Source of the DNA: the human T2T-CHM13v2.0 reference genome, Homo sapiens
NCBI RefSeq assembly: GCF_009914755.1
Contig: NC_060944.1
Length of the DNA stretch: 64,000 nucleotides
Direction: 5' to 3' (one strand)
Shown: positions 1 to 14,710 of the stretch, piece by piece
How the letters are laid out: each line of letters opens with the position of its first letter
Position numbering within the stretch: position 1 is the first letter of the stretch
The notes under the pieces: model-generated
Databases searched by the model: none
What the model was told of the DNA's origin: nothing
Seen by the model: only the letters and a program-made list of their open reading frames with translations
Program-made: the position numbers and the translations under genes

Positions 1-2633
1 TCAGTGGAGTACAGAAGTCCCCCACTATTATTGTGTTGCTGTCCATCTCATTTCTTAGGTCTATTAGTAATCGTTTTATAAATTTGGGAGCTCCAGTGTC
101 AGGTGCATATATGTTTAGGATAGTGATATTTTCCTGTTAGACAAGGCCTTTTGCCATTATATAAAGTCCCTCTTTGTCTCTTTTAACCACTGTTGCTTTA
201 AAGTTTCTTTTGTCTGATATAAGAATAGCTACCCCTGCTTGCTTTTGGTGTCCATTTGCATGAAATGCCTGTTTCCACCCCTTTACTTTAAGTTTATGTG
301 AGTCCTTATGTGTTAGGTGAGTCTCCTAAAGGCAGCAGATGGTTTGTTGATGAGTTCTTATTCATTCTGCAGTTCTCTGTCTTTCAAGTGGAGCATTTAG
401 GACATTTACATTCAATGTTAGTATTGAAATGTGAGGTACCATTGCATTCATCATGCTCTTTGTTGCCAGTGTACTTTGGTTTTGTTTTTTGTTTTTGCTT
501 GTAACTTGTATTTTTGTTTTATAGGTCCTGTGTGATTTATGCTTTAAAGAGTTCTGTTTTGATATGGTTCCAGGATTTGTTTCAAGATCTAGAACTCCTT
601 TTAGCAGTTCTTGTAGTGGTGGCTTGATAATGGCGAATTCTCTCAGCATTTGTTTGTCTGAAAACGACTGTACCTTTCCTTCATATATGATGGTTAGTTT
701 CCCTGGATACAAAATTCTTGACTGATAATTGTTTTGTTTAAAGAGGCTGAAGATATGGCCCCAATCCCTTCTAGCTTGTAGGGTTTCTTCTGAGAAATCT
801 GCTGTTAATCTGATAGGTTTTCCTTCATGGGTTACTGGTGCTGCTGTCTCACAGCTCTTAAAATTCTTTCCTTCGTCTTAACTTTGGATAACCTGATGAC
901 AATGTGCCTAGGTGAAGATCTTTTTGTGATGAATTTCCCAGGTGTTCTTTGTGCTTCTTGTATTTGGCTGTCTAGGTCTCTAGCAAGGCCAGAGAAGTTT
1001 TCTTCAATTATTCCCCCAAATACGTTTTCCAAGCTTTGAGAATTGTCTTCTTCCTCAGGAACACTGATTATTCTTAGGTTTGGTCATTTAACATAATCCC
1101 AGACTTCTTGCAGGCTTTGTTTATATTTTCTTACTCCTTTTACTTTGTCTTTGTTGTGGATTGGGTTAATTCAAAGACCTTGTCTTTGAGCTCTGGATTT
1201 CTTTCTTCTACTTGTTCAATTCTATTGCTGAGACTTTCCAGAGCATTTTGCATTTCTAAAAGTGCATCCAAAGCTTCCTGAATTTTTTATTGCTTTTTCT
1301 TTAAGCTATCTATTTCATTGAATATTTCTCCCTTTACTTCTTGTATTATGTTTTGGATTTCTTTGCATTGGGCTACGCCTTTCTCTGGTCCCTCCCTGAT
1401 TAGCTTACTAATTAACCTCCAGGATTCTTTTTCAGGTAAGTCAAGGATTTCTTCTCGGTTTGGATTCATTGCTGGTGAACTAGTGTGATTTACTGGGGGG
1501 CGTTGAAGAGCCTTGTTTTGTCATATTACCAGGGTTGGTTTTCTGGTTCCTTCTCTGGGTAGGCTCTGTCAGAGGGAAGGTCTAGGGCTGAAGGCTGTTG
1601 TTCATATTTTTTCGTCCCATGGGGTGTTCCCTTGATGTAGTACTCTCCCTCTCTTCCTGTGGATGTGGCTTCCTGAGAGCTGAACTGCAGTAATTGTCTC
1701 TCTTCTGGGTCTAGCCACCCAAGGAGTCTACCTGGCTCCGGGCTGGTACTGGGTGTTGTCTGCACAGAGTCCTGTGATGTGAACTGTCTATGGGTCTCTC
1801 AGCCACGGATACCAGCACCTGTTCTGCTGGAGGTGGTGGAGGGTGCAATGGAATCCGTGAGGGTCCTTAGCTTTGGTGGTTTAATGCTCTGTTTTTGTGC
1901 TGGTTGGCCTCCTGCCAGGAGGGGGCGCTTTCCAGAAAGCATCAGAGCCGCCGCTGTGTCCCCTGCCACAGCCCCGAGTTTGTTTCCAGGCGGAGGGTGA
2001 GACGGGCCTGAAAACTTGCCCAAGGCCATCCACCTCCCAGCTGCGAAAGAAAGGGCTTTAGTTCTTCCCTCCTCCACCTGTGACGTCTGCACTCCGGATT
2101 TGTGCCCTCCCCTGAGTTCTTGCCAGGAGGCTTCTCAGCTCATTCAAATTGTTACAAAGTTCGACTAGAGAATTCCTTCTCCCTGTGGAGTTTTACCCCC
2201 TGCTCCTCTGGCCATCCTTCCAATGGATCCTTGTGGTGCCAGGCAGGAATGGGCTGCTTGGGGACCTAGGAAGCCCCCAGGGCCTTTCTGCTGCTTCTTC
2301 TACCCTCCCCCACACCTTTACTCGACTCACTAACTTGACTCAGCTCCAGGTAAAGTCAGAAATTTCTGCAAACAGACCTTCAGCTTCTCCAGTGGGGGTG
2401 TGTGTTTGGGAGAGGAGGGTCTCCCTTTCTCAGTTCCGCAGTTGGGGCACTCAATATTTGGGGGTCTCTCGGGTCCTGCAGGAGCAGTCTGCTTCCTACA
2501 GAGGGTCTGTGAGTCCTTTCGGGATTGCTGGTTTGTTCTTGCAGTTCTGAAGCTAAAATTCACAATGCAAGCCTCTGCATGCTGCTCTGTCTAGAGCTGC
2601 AATCTGGTCTTGCCTCCCGTCTGACATGATCCC
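1..2633 (-). mobile_element. L1 (L1PB-type) 5' portion: 5'UTR, decayed ORF1 and start of ORF2 endonuclease; continues beyond window start
   Basis: Minus-strand ORF fragments with L1 ORF1 motifs (IIEENF..LARDLD.QIQEAQRTP..RHIVIRLSK; YPGKL..FSDKQMLREF) and the ORF2 start (HISILTLNVN.LNAP). The 5' terminus GATCATGTCAGACGGGAGGCAAGAC resembles the L1PB 5' end. Confidence 0.92.
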
Positions 2634-3286
2634 AGGAGCTCTCTGAGAGAGCAACCCAAAGGAGCTGAGAGAGATCCGGAGTCCCCGATGTGAGGGAGCA
2701 TCAGGCTGCAAGGACGCGGCACTGGCGATGGTTTCGCAGGGGCATCTGTTCCCTTGGGGCGTGGAATCCCTGCTCTGCCGCTGCCCCAACTCGGCTCCGA
2801 AGTGCCTTTGCTGCAAGATTTCCTGAGCTTAGCAGTCTGCCCGTTTCTTTTCTTTCTTTCTCTTATTTTTCCCCCTGAATGTTTGGTTTCTCTGGCAAGC
2901 CCAAACACGTAAGATTATATGTGAGGCATATTTATTTACATAAAGATGCGTGTTTTTTCTTAACTCAGCATTTACATGTAGCTTGGCCAAGTTAATTAAC
3001 TGTAGAAGACCTCAATTTTGTTGTCTTTTAAAACAAGGCAGCTGTATTAGATTAGTGGTTTTCAAAGTCCGTTAGATGGTAAAGTGCCTGCAAGCCATGG
3101 CCTGCTTTGTGGGATACCATGAAATATTAATACCCAGAGCTAGACTTAATAAGCACACGTATAATTTTGTGATCCCAAATACTATCTTATATATGATTGT
3201 AATAGAGACAAAAGTTAGCATGTATGGAGATATAAATCATTAATTCATTCATCTATCACATAAGTGTTATTGAGTGCCTACACAAA

Positions 3287-3418
3287 TGTTTCTCAAACCA
3301 GCATTCACCACCTGGAGAACCTATTAAAATACAGATCACTGAGCCCCATTCAGCTGTTTAACCGACGATGCTCATGTTGGTTCAGCTGATCTGGGAACCA
3401 AATTTTGAGAACTGCTGA
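3287..3418. mobile_element. MER5-type hAT-Charlie MITE
   Basis: tttctcaaac...cacctggag..ttaaaatacagat...tttgagaactgctg termini. Confidence 0.7.
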
Positions 3419-3429
3419 CCTCCACTAGT

Positions 3430-3615
3430 CCAGCCCACGAATTGGCAAACTACAGCCCCTGAGCCAAATCTGGCCCTTTCTTCTTTTTGTAAGTTTCACT
3501 GGAGCACCTCACATTTATTTATGTATTGTCCATAGCAGCTTTTGTGCCACAATGGCAGAGTTTAGTAGTTGTGACAGAGACTATGGCCTGGAAACCTGCA
3601 ATATTATCCGTGATT
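3430..3615. mobile_element. MER58A-type hAT-Charlie MITE
   Basis: ttggcaaactacagccc..gccaaatctggccc and gcagagtttagtagttgtgacagagac motifs. Confidence 0.75.
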
Positions 3616-4010
3616 TTCCACACAAAAATCTGCATTCTGGGTTTTGTATGCAATAAGTCATGTACAAAAGTATGGAGCTGATGTCCTGATGGAGCTTACA
3701 TTCTAACAGGGCACTAAAAATTTAGTGAGATTTAAAGAAAAGTTATAAGAGAACATCTTAATTGAGGTATTCTACTTTCAATTATTCGTAACCTTATTAT
3801 TATATATTTACTTCTTTTAAGGATAACATCTTCATTCATATTTCTATAACTCTAGCGCATGTTCCAATGGCTTCAAGTTTGCATGATTAAAATATCTCTA
3901 AACTATTCTTTTCCTCTCAGTACTTTCTCCTTTCAGTGTATTCTAGGTAACATTTCCAGAGAAAATATCCTTAATATAGTTATGAATTGATGATTGCCTC
4001 CAGAATAAGG

Positions 4011-5580
4011 TTTTTTAAAAGTAATTTTGACTTTATTTTAGATTCAGGGCGTACATATGCAGGTTTGTTATGGGAGCATATTGGGTGATGCTGAGGTTTG
4101 GGGTGCAGATGGTCTCATCACCCAGGTAGTAAATAGTACCCAATAGGTAGTTTGTCAGGCTATGCCCCCTTCTCTTTCTCCCCAACCAGTAGTCCCTAGT
4201 GTCTATTATTCACATCTTTATATCCACGAGTACTCACTGTTTAGCTCCCACTTATAACTGAGAACATGTGGTATTTGGTTTCCTGTTCCTACATTAATTT
4301 GCTTATGATAATGGCCTCTAGCTGCATCCATGGTGCTGCAAAAGACATGGTTTTATTCTTTTTTATGGCTATGTAGTATTCCAGAGTGTATATGTACCAC
4401 ATTTCCTTTATCCAGTCTACCATTGATGGGCATCTAGGTTGATTCCATGTCTTCGCTATTGTGAACAATGGTGTGATGAACATACAAGTGCATGCATCTT
4501 TTTGGTAGAGTGATTTATTTTCCTTTAGGTATCTACCCCGTAATGGGATTGCTGGGTCAAATGGTATTTCTATTTTAAGTTCTTTGAGAAATCTCCAACT
4601 TGCTTTCCACAGTGGCTGAACTAATTTACATTCCCACAAGCTGTGTATAAGTATTCCCTTTTCTCTGCAACCATGCCAGCACTTGTTATTTTTTTAAGTT
4701 TTTGTTAATGGTCATTCTGACTTGTGTGAGATGATATTTCATTGTGGTTTTGATCAGCATTTCTCTGACGTTTAGTGATGATGAGTATTTTTTCATGTGT
4801 TTCTTGGCCACTTGTATGTCTTCTTTTGAGAAGAGTCTGTTCATATCCTTTGCCCATTTTTAAGGGATTTGTTGTTGTTGTTGCTGTTGTTGAATTGTTT
4901 AAGTTCTTATAGATTCTGGATATTAGACCTTTGTTGAATGCATAATTTGTGAATATTTTCTCCCATTCTGTAGGTTATCTGTTTACTCTGTTGATAGTTT
5001 CTTTTACTGTCAAGAGGCTTTTTAGTTTAATTAGATCCCACTTGTCAGTTTTTACTGTTGCTATCACTTTTGGGGACTTAGCCATAAATTCTTTGCCAAG
5101 GAAAATCAACGTTATTTTTCACAGAATTAGAAAAAACTATTCTAAAGTTCATATGGAACTGAAAAACAAAAAAAGAGCCAAAATAGACAAAGCAATCCTA
5201 AGCCAAAGAACAAAGCCAGAGGCTTTACGTTATCCAACTTCGAACTATACTATAAGGCCACAGTAACCTAAACATCATAGTATTGGTACAAAACAGACAC
5301 ATAGACTAATGGAACAGAATAGAGAACCCAGAAATAAAGCCACACACCTGCAATTAATTATCTGATCTTTGACAAAGTTGACAAAAATTAGCAATGGGGA
5401 AAGGACACCCTATTCAATAAACGGTGCTGGGATAGCTGGCTAGCTACATGCAGAGCATGAAACTGGACCTCTGCCTTTCACCAAATACAAAAATTAATCC
5501 AAGATTGATTAAAGATTTAAATGTAAGACCTCAAGCTATTAGAATTCTGCAAGAAAACCTAGGAGATACCCTTCTTGACA
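4011..5580 (-). mobile_element. 5'-truncated, 5'-inverted old L1PA (L1PA15/16-like); 4011-5101 minus, 5102-5580 plus
   Basis: L1 3'UTR and ORF2 C-terminus on minus (WECKLVQPLWK..IPFDPAIPL). Upstream ORF2 segment on plus. Candidate TSD cagaataa at 4001-4008 and 5579-5586. Confidence 0.9.
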
Positions 5581-5904
5581 GAATAAAGATCTGTTCTAAT
5601 TATTCCACATTGTGACACCAAACCATGACCACTACTATATCTTCCACCTGACATTTCCCACAGTCTCAGCTCTGCATGGACCTGCCCAGAATGGAGATAG
5701 CAATGGGCTTACCATGTTGACACAGCCTCTGTCACTTCCTATTTTCTCTCTGACTCAGGAAGGAGTCACTTCACTCTTGTAATTCTTCTGCCAGAACCCT
5801 GGAGGTATCTTAACTTACAACCCCCAGTCTATAAACTCTCCACTAAAGCCACACTGATTGACTCACCATCTTCCAAATAAACTTTATTGATTATTTGCTA
5901 CTAA

Positions 5905-6430
5905 TATGAGTTACTGATGACTAATAACAGATTATCTCAAAATTGTGTTCTTAACACAATAATAGATTTTCCTTTTTAAATCTTGTAGTTTCCGTGGGGC
6001 AGAGTCTGGGGAGTGGCTTATTTTGGTAGTTCTTGCTTTAGGGTGTTTCATGAAGTTGCACTTACAATGCTGATCTGGATTATTCATCTGAAGGCTCAGC
6101 TGGGTCTACAGGATCCTCATACAGTGAATGCACCGTTGAGCTGGCAAATTGGTGCTGGTATTGCTTTGGACCTCACCTCATGCCACGGAGGCTACTCCTC
6201 ACAGAGCAAGTGAGGCAAGAAAAGAAAACATAAGCCACGATGTCTTATTTTGTAAATTTTTAAAATTTACTTTACAGTGTCTTTTAAGATATAGCCCCAG
6301 AAATCACACTCTATTATTTCAGCAATATTATATTTTTGACACAGATCAGTCTTAATTAAAGTGGTAATGACACAGGAGCATGAATACCAGGGGGTGAGAA
6401 TGACTGACACCATCTTGGAGCCACACCATC
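5905..6430 (-). mobile_element. MaLR LTR (MLT1F/H-like), solo
   Basis: MLT1 motifs catctgaaggctcagctggg and acacaggagcatgaataccagggg..ccatcttggag. Confidence 0.7.
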
Positions 6431-6890
6431 CTAACCCCTCCTACTCTAGTCAGGGCTTTTGCCTTTGCTATTGTTTTCCTATTTGAAATGTTTGTTTGTT
6501 TATTTATTTATTTATTTATTTATTTAATTTCCTAAATCTAACCACCTTTTAATGCTCATTTCTGTTCCATCTTCCCCGTGACACCTTCTCTGAATCCTTT
6601 AGCCTGAAGAAATTGCATCTTCCATTGTTCTCCTGTGGTCTCATTATCAATATCACACATTTTAGCAGTTACTCACAGATAGGAAATAATTCCTGTTCAC
6701 AAATAAAACATTCTGAGGAACTCAGTTCTTCCTATTCGAGGAAATCCTCCACTACTACTACAAAAACCTGCATAAGGCATTGAAAAAAAACCCTCCGTTA
6801 GAGATTGAGCTGTATTGTAGTACATAATATAGTATGAGTAATATTAATATGGTGTATTTGATAGATGTTAGAGATCAGTGTCTACCAGAG

Positions 6891-7053
6891 CAGTACTACT
6901 CAAACTTAAATATTTATATGAATCATGTAGGGACCTAGTTAAATGCAGATTGAGATTCTGTGGGTATAAGGTGGGGTTGAGATGCTGCCATTCTAACAAG
7001 CTCCCAGGTGATGCTGAGGCTCCTGGTCCATGGAACAACTTTTGAGTAGCAAG
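6891..7053. mobile_element. MER5A
   Basis: ctcaaactt...aaatgcagatt...ttctaacaagctcccaggtgatgctga...ctttgagtagcaagg. Confidence 0.85.
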
Positions 7054-7787
7054 GTGCTAGAAGATGGACATAAAATGGACATAAAATAGAATAGGAGTTG
7101 AAAGTAGATGGAAAATAAAAGTAGTGAAGAGAATCATGGCTGTGTTCAATCAGTAGTACTGGCAAGGCATAAATATTTGAAGTCACGAATCACTCAAGTA
7201 TTTCTTTATTGCTCTTTGGTACTGCCCATTATCTTTATACATGCATGTATGTTTTACCTCTTCCAGCCTTGATTATAGGCCCCTTTAGGATTGAAGGTGT
7301 TCCAGTCACCCATAGAGGTGAAATATAGTTCCCTTTCTGGAGTAGTTGCTCAATAAATGTGTACTGCTTGATTACTCTGCTGCTAATTCTCACGGTCATT
7401 TATTAATTTCTATTATTACTTCCCCAAGTTTTCTCCTTTCAAAATATTATAGGAAATTCAAAATACCTTTCTATTATAAATTGATGTGTTTTATTTACAG
7501 TTCCTTATGATATATAATACAATTCCTCATAAAAAAATAAAATTTTAGTTGGTCTAAATACCAGGTAAATTAACATGATCAAATTAATAGAAAAAGTATC
7601 ATGCCCAGGTAACATGTCAGACCAATTAAATCAGTCTTTGAGAGAGGATTCAGGTATTGGTATTTTTTAAAGCCCCATGGGTGATTCCAGAGTGAAGCAA
7701 AAGTTGAGGATCACCAGTTTAATTATCATCCTACTATATTTTAAGATAGAATAATTATACTTTATTTTTTATTGTGCCCCAAAGCAT

Positions 7788-8064
<277 letters not shown>

Positions 8065-8574
8065 TCCAAAGCATCTTTTACAACATGTAATTTGGAAATA
8101 TCAATGAAGACCAATTCAGAGAAAAATGTTTACCTTCCTTTTTTTTTCTTACAGGATGTAGCTGCTTCAATTTATAAATAAGTATAGATATGCTATAGTA
8201 ATTTTTGAAATTCTATAGCAAACTAACTTTTCCATAAATGAATATGGTTTCTTAATTATCCCAAGCTTGTTAATGTAGGTTGTACTTTTTTTCTTTTAGC
8301 AAACACATCAGATCATTTTGCCAAATTATCCAAGTCATTTTAAAAACATAAAGATATTTTGCAAATATTTTATATCTGCCAGTCAAAGTCAGTCTTGGTC
8401 CTAAATAGGATGTTGTTACATGCCTGCCTTATAAATGTTAGCATCACGGAAAGCATTTTTGTTTAATTTAGAAATGTTTGAGCTCAGAGGAAATAAGGAT
8501 ACTTATCTCGTTTACTCAGCTTTAGTAACTGCAAAAGGCAGAATAAAGGTAGCTTGCTGGAGTTGCTAGAACCC

Positions 8575-8705
8575 ACATACAGTCAGAATATATGACCTCT
8601 CCTTTAAGCTCTGCCTCTTACTAGCTGGGTGACCTTTGGCAAGTCTCTTAACTTCTGTTAGTCTCCATTGCTTCATTTGTAAAGTGAAAGGGTTGAAGTA
8701 GACGG
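8575..8705 (+). mobile_element. MIR
   Basis: MIR core ctctgcctcttactagctgggtgacctttggcaagtc. Confidence 0.75.
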
Positions 8706-8959
8706 CACATAAGATTCTTATACCTGGAAAGTGATGGGGTGAGGGACTACTAAGGTCCTTTGAGTGCTTCTTGGTTACGCACTGTGAGAAGTGATGGAAA
8801 ATAATTCACACTCTCAAAAATTCCATGACTCTATAGGAGAATTTTCAAGTGAACAGGCACAAAGTCTCTAGATTGTTAAATTAAGCCTATGAAAAATGAA
8901 GGAACATAAAATAAAAAGAGAGTAATTGCATTGGTTCTGATTCTCTCATAGAAAAGGAA

Positions 8960-9095
8960 TTTTACACGTCGTTAATTCCAATGCTTTGTATTACAGATGA
9001 GGAAACCGAATCCCAAAAAGTTCAAATAACTTTCTATTACTAACACATAAAATAGCACACTAATAGGGGATGAAAATTTATCCAGTTTAACAATC
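8960..9095 (-). mobile_element. MIR
   Basis: ttacagatgaggaaac (reverse MIR core). Confidence 0.6.
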
Positions 9096-9699
9096 CAGTC
9101 CTTCATGTCAATCAAAAGCTTCTTTATCACCATCATAATTCAACATTTCATTCTGTATTGAGAAGGAGGTGGATCTAAGATTTATATTTATGATATTCAT
9201 GATAATTCAGAGTTTCTGAAACTGACATCACAGGAAGATTTTCACAAGTGGGCCAGGATGTGATTCATGGGCCCTGATGTTACAAGTCCAGATTGGCAAA
9301 CCAAGGGCTGCTATCAAAGGGACTAAGTTGGATGGCTTTCTGGATAAATATTTCTTTGTAGCTGGATTTACAAAGGTTATCAACCCTCCAGATAAAAAGT
9401 CATGGTTCTTCTATTGCCCTAAGAGTCATAGATAGTAAGTTACACAGTAACATATTCATTTTATGTATATACATACATACATATAGTCATGTATAGTAAA
9501 TTACATGAAAACATCAGTGGTGCCATACACTCACCTGATCCTGGGTGACGGAAACGAGTATGAGGAATTTAAGTAGTCCTTCTCAAAGTCTTCCCCAGAG
9601 ATCAATTAGCTCATCACCATTTTACCATGAGGGTATGCTCAGGGGAGATATGTAACTAAAGTCCTGATAACTTGTACCAGGTGACTGTAAATCATTCAG

Positions 9700-10935
9700 T
9701 ATTCAGTTAGTCAACAAAATCAACAAATAATTATCATGCCTCTATAGTATACCAGGCACTTGCTGGGCACTGGGAATATGGTGATTAATAAATAAGACTG
9801 TCCATGCCCCCAGCTTCATATTCTAGTGGAAAGGGAAAGATATCAAAACATGTTTGCAAGGCTGGGCAAGGTGGCTCAGGCCTGTAATTCTACCACTTTG
9901 GGAGGCCAAGTCGGGCGGATTACTTGAGTTCAGGAATTTGAGACCAGCCTGGCCAACATGGGGAAACCCCGTCTCTACAAAAATACAAAAATTAGCTGAG
10001 CGTGGTGGCGGGTGCCTGTAGTCCGAGCTGTTTGGGAGGCTGAGGCAGGAGAATCACTTGAACCTGGGAGGCACAGAGTTTGCAGTGACCAGAGATTACG
10101 CCACTGCACTCCAGCCTGGGCAACAGAGTGAGACTCTGTCTCAACAATAACAAAAACAACAAATACTTACAAAACGTAAAAAAAAAAATCCCTTTAGATA
10201 TTTATTAGTGTGATAAGAAAGATGAGAAAGCAAATGCCATAGAGAATAGAGGGTGAAGAGCAAAGGCTGCATGGTGTGAGTGGTCACCGAGTTCTTCTCT
10301 TAAAGGCAGTGATGCTTAAACTCAGTTGTGGAGAGGGACGCAGTGTCACCAAGTTCTGAGGGAAAAGTGTTTCAAGCAGAAGAAGCAGAAAATGCAGTGG
10401 TCCTGAGATGAGAATGAGGAGCTCTGCACTTCTGCCAGAAGAGGCATTGTAATAGTATTGGAGATTTGAAATCGTTATTTTACTCAGGCATTTATTAATT
10501 AATATATTATTTATTCATCAAAATACATGTTGAGACTACTGTATATCATGGCCTATTCAAGACCCAGTTCCCCTGCCCTTGTGCAGCTTAGTTCCTGGTG
10601 GGAGACACAGACAATAAATAATACCCATAGTAAAAAGCAAATTATATAATTTGTAGGAAAATAAGGACTATGGAAGGAAGAAAAATTTGGGTAAGGAGGA
10701 CCAGGAGCCTGGGGATAGGGAGGTCAGGGAGGGCTTGGCTGAGAAGGTGACATGTGATGCAACTGAGGGATGTGAGGGAATTAGCCATGCAGGTAGGGGA
10801 AAGAGCATCCTGGGAAGTGGGGACAGAGCACAGACATGCTGGAGAAACAGCAAGGAAGTCAGGGAGGCGGAAACAGAGCAAGTGAGGAGAAGATAGTGGG
10901 AGGTCTCACCAGAGAGGGAGCCAGACCCTGTTCAA
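9700..10935 (-). mobile_element. L2 fragments (two 3' ends, ~9700 and ~10510), interrupted by an Alu
   Basis: caggcacttgctgggcactgggaat; ccctgcccttgtgcagcttagttcc; purine-rich antisense L2 body. Confidence 0.7.
9859..10190 (+). mobile_element. AluS
   Basis: Full dimeric Alu with mixed A-rich tail. Confidence 0.93.
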
Positions 10936-10950
10936 TAATGCCTCGACTTG

Positions 10951-12678
<1,728 letters not shown>

Positions 12679-14522
12679 GTCTAGATGGCTCTTTGACTTC
12701 CTAAAATGACAACAGCAAGCTATACACAGAATTAAAATATAAACATACTCCCAAAGCCATATATAAAGTACCTGAGGCAGTCCATAAAATTTTAAATTTC
12801 AATAGAGTACTAATTTAATCAGGGAAACTTTATCTATGGCATTTTTTGCTGTCTCCATTAAGCATGTTATATGGGCTCTCAGAACCCTGAATATCTTCAT
12901 CCAAAAGGGAAGTTATACTCTCATTTTATCTCTAACAGATGTGGGCATCAAATGTTTATGGGCGTGAAAAAGGCTTTCCATTAAAGGAAACCCTGTCAAG
13001 TAGCAGGATTTTCTTTTATTATGTTGTTTTACACACAAAACATTTTTTTTGAAATCACCAAGTCTGCATAAACCTGAAAAAAGCAAAGTAGTATTTTCAT
13101 AACACATATTTGTCTGTCACTGCTGTTTTTGGCGGAAATTGTCCCAACGAGATCTTTGAGTTACCGGTTTCTAAGTAGCCTCCAGTCTTGACCTTCCAGA
13201 GGCCTCAAGGACAATGATGTATTGGCCCCCAGAGACTACTTTTGGGGCTCCAGCATTTTGCAAACACATGAGCAAAGTTTTCTTTTCCTGAAGTCATTTT
13301 ATTTATCTTCGCTGTTTCCTTCCGCAGCCCTTTATAGAAACAGAATTAAATTGTATTGGGAATAACAAGGAGGAAAAATAATTCACTTATATTTTATTGC
13401 TTTAATATTTTGTATTAGCATTACCAGTGATTTATGTTTCCTGCTCCGGTGTCCCCGTTTTGAATTCTCCAAGTCTGTGAAGGGTGTTGAAGACAGGTAA
13501 TCGGTAAATAGGCTTTCAAGGGAGAATGTGTATAGGTGTGGGTGAGGTGAATTAAGGCTTATTTTCTCATTGATCTTTCGCTTTGCTTTCCAAAGCAGCG
13601 GACACTGGGTTGCACATCTCTGTTCAGTTACAGGGAGGGGAGGGAATGCCCAGTAATTTCTTATCTCGTGGTATGTTAATTGCTAAAATATAAACAAAGG
13701 TAAGAAAGGTGCTTTGTGCAGGTGTAAGTCTCTGGGCATTTGTCCGTGACTCACTTCTCAGTATATCAAGAATGATTTCTTTCCTCCACAGACTAACCAA
13801 GCCTTAACTGTCAGGTTAGCCATTCTCATTTCTCCCTGCTTGGCCTCGATCAGCTGCTGGCCTTCCCCGGGAGAAAGAGCCTCCATTTGCTATGAGCTCC
13901 TTGCCGGATGGAGTGATTGCCAGCACATCCCAGTAAGACTGCAGCAGGTGCTGCAGCTTGGGGAAATGGCGTGTGTTTTCCTTACCAGTACATGTGGCTT
14001 TTGAGCTTTGATTTCACAGAAATGTAAAAAACAGGTCGATGCTAGTATGTACTACATTCCTACCAGCATACACTTTCAATCCACTTTCTGACAACTGGCT
14101 TGTATCACTCCCTGCTTTAGAGTAATAGCACCTTTGCTTGAAGTTTCTTAGGTGAAAATCATGAAGGTTCCCATTTTGCTGAATCTCTGTGTTACTGATT
14201 AAGAGAGAGTGACTGCGACAGGGGTGGGCACCTGACAACATTTTCTAAATAACATTAGCATGTTTTTTCCTCTTCAGCCCCCTGGGTTTCAAGCATTTGA
14301 TTTGAATTTTTTTCCCTACTCCCTTTCTTAAAATGCATGACTAAGAAACTGTTTCTTTCTTCACTGATCCTTGGTTATTCGCTTTGAAAAAAGATGACAG
14401 AACAAGAGTATTTCCAAGAATACACCAGTCCTATTCTTTGGTGATGCCACTTTCTAATTTAATGTGATCCAGCAGCCAAAATGTTGTTCTAACTAACATA
14501 TCTCCTTGCTAAAAGGTATAAA

Positions 14523-14710
14523 ACAGGCATCTTCAAACTATTTCTTAAGAAGGCTAGAGTCAATATTTTAAGCTTTGTGGGTTGTACTGCGTCTTTCTCA
14601 ACTGCTCAACTCTGTGTTGTGCATAAAAAAGCAGAGCTGTGTTCCAATAAAACTTTATTCACAAAAACAGATGGTGAACTGGAGTTGGCCCACAGGCCGA
14701 ATGACCCTGG
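14523..14710. mobile_element. MER58A
   Basis: aatattttaagctttgtggg..caactgctcaactctg..ctgtgttccaataaaactttatt..ggcccacaggcc. Confidence 0.8.

Larger units (their letters stand above)
3240..3712 (-). mobile_element. L2 3' end interrupted by two DNA transposons
   Basis: attcattcat...ttattgagtgcctac (L2 tail, reverse) and resumption tcctgatggagcttacattcta at ~3685. Confidence 0.6.

Noticed and set aside
1526-2908. Cluster of overlapping ORFs
   Set aside because: Expected in a GC-rich L1 5'UTR; no recognisable domain, and ORF0 is described for much younger L1PA families.
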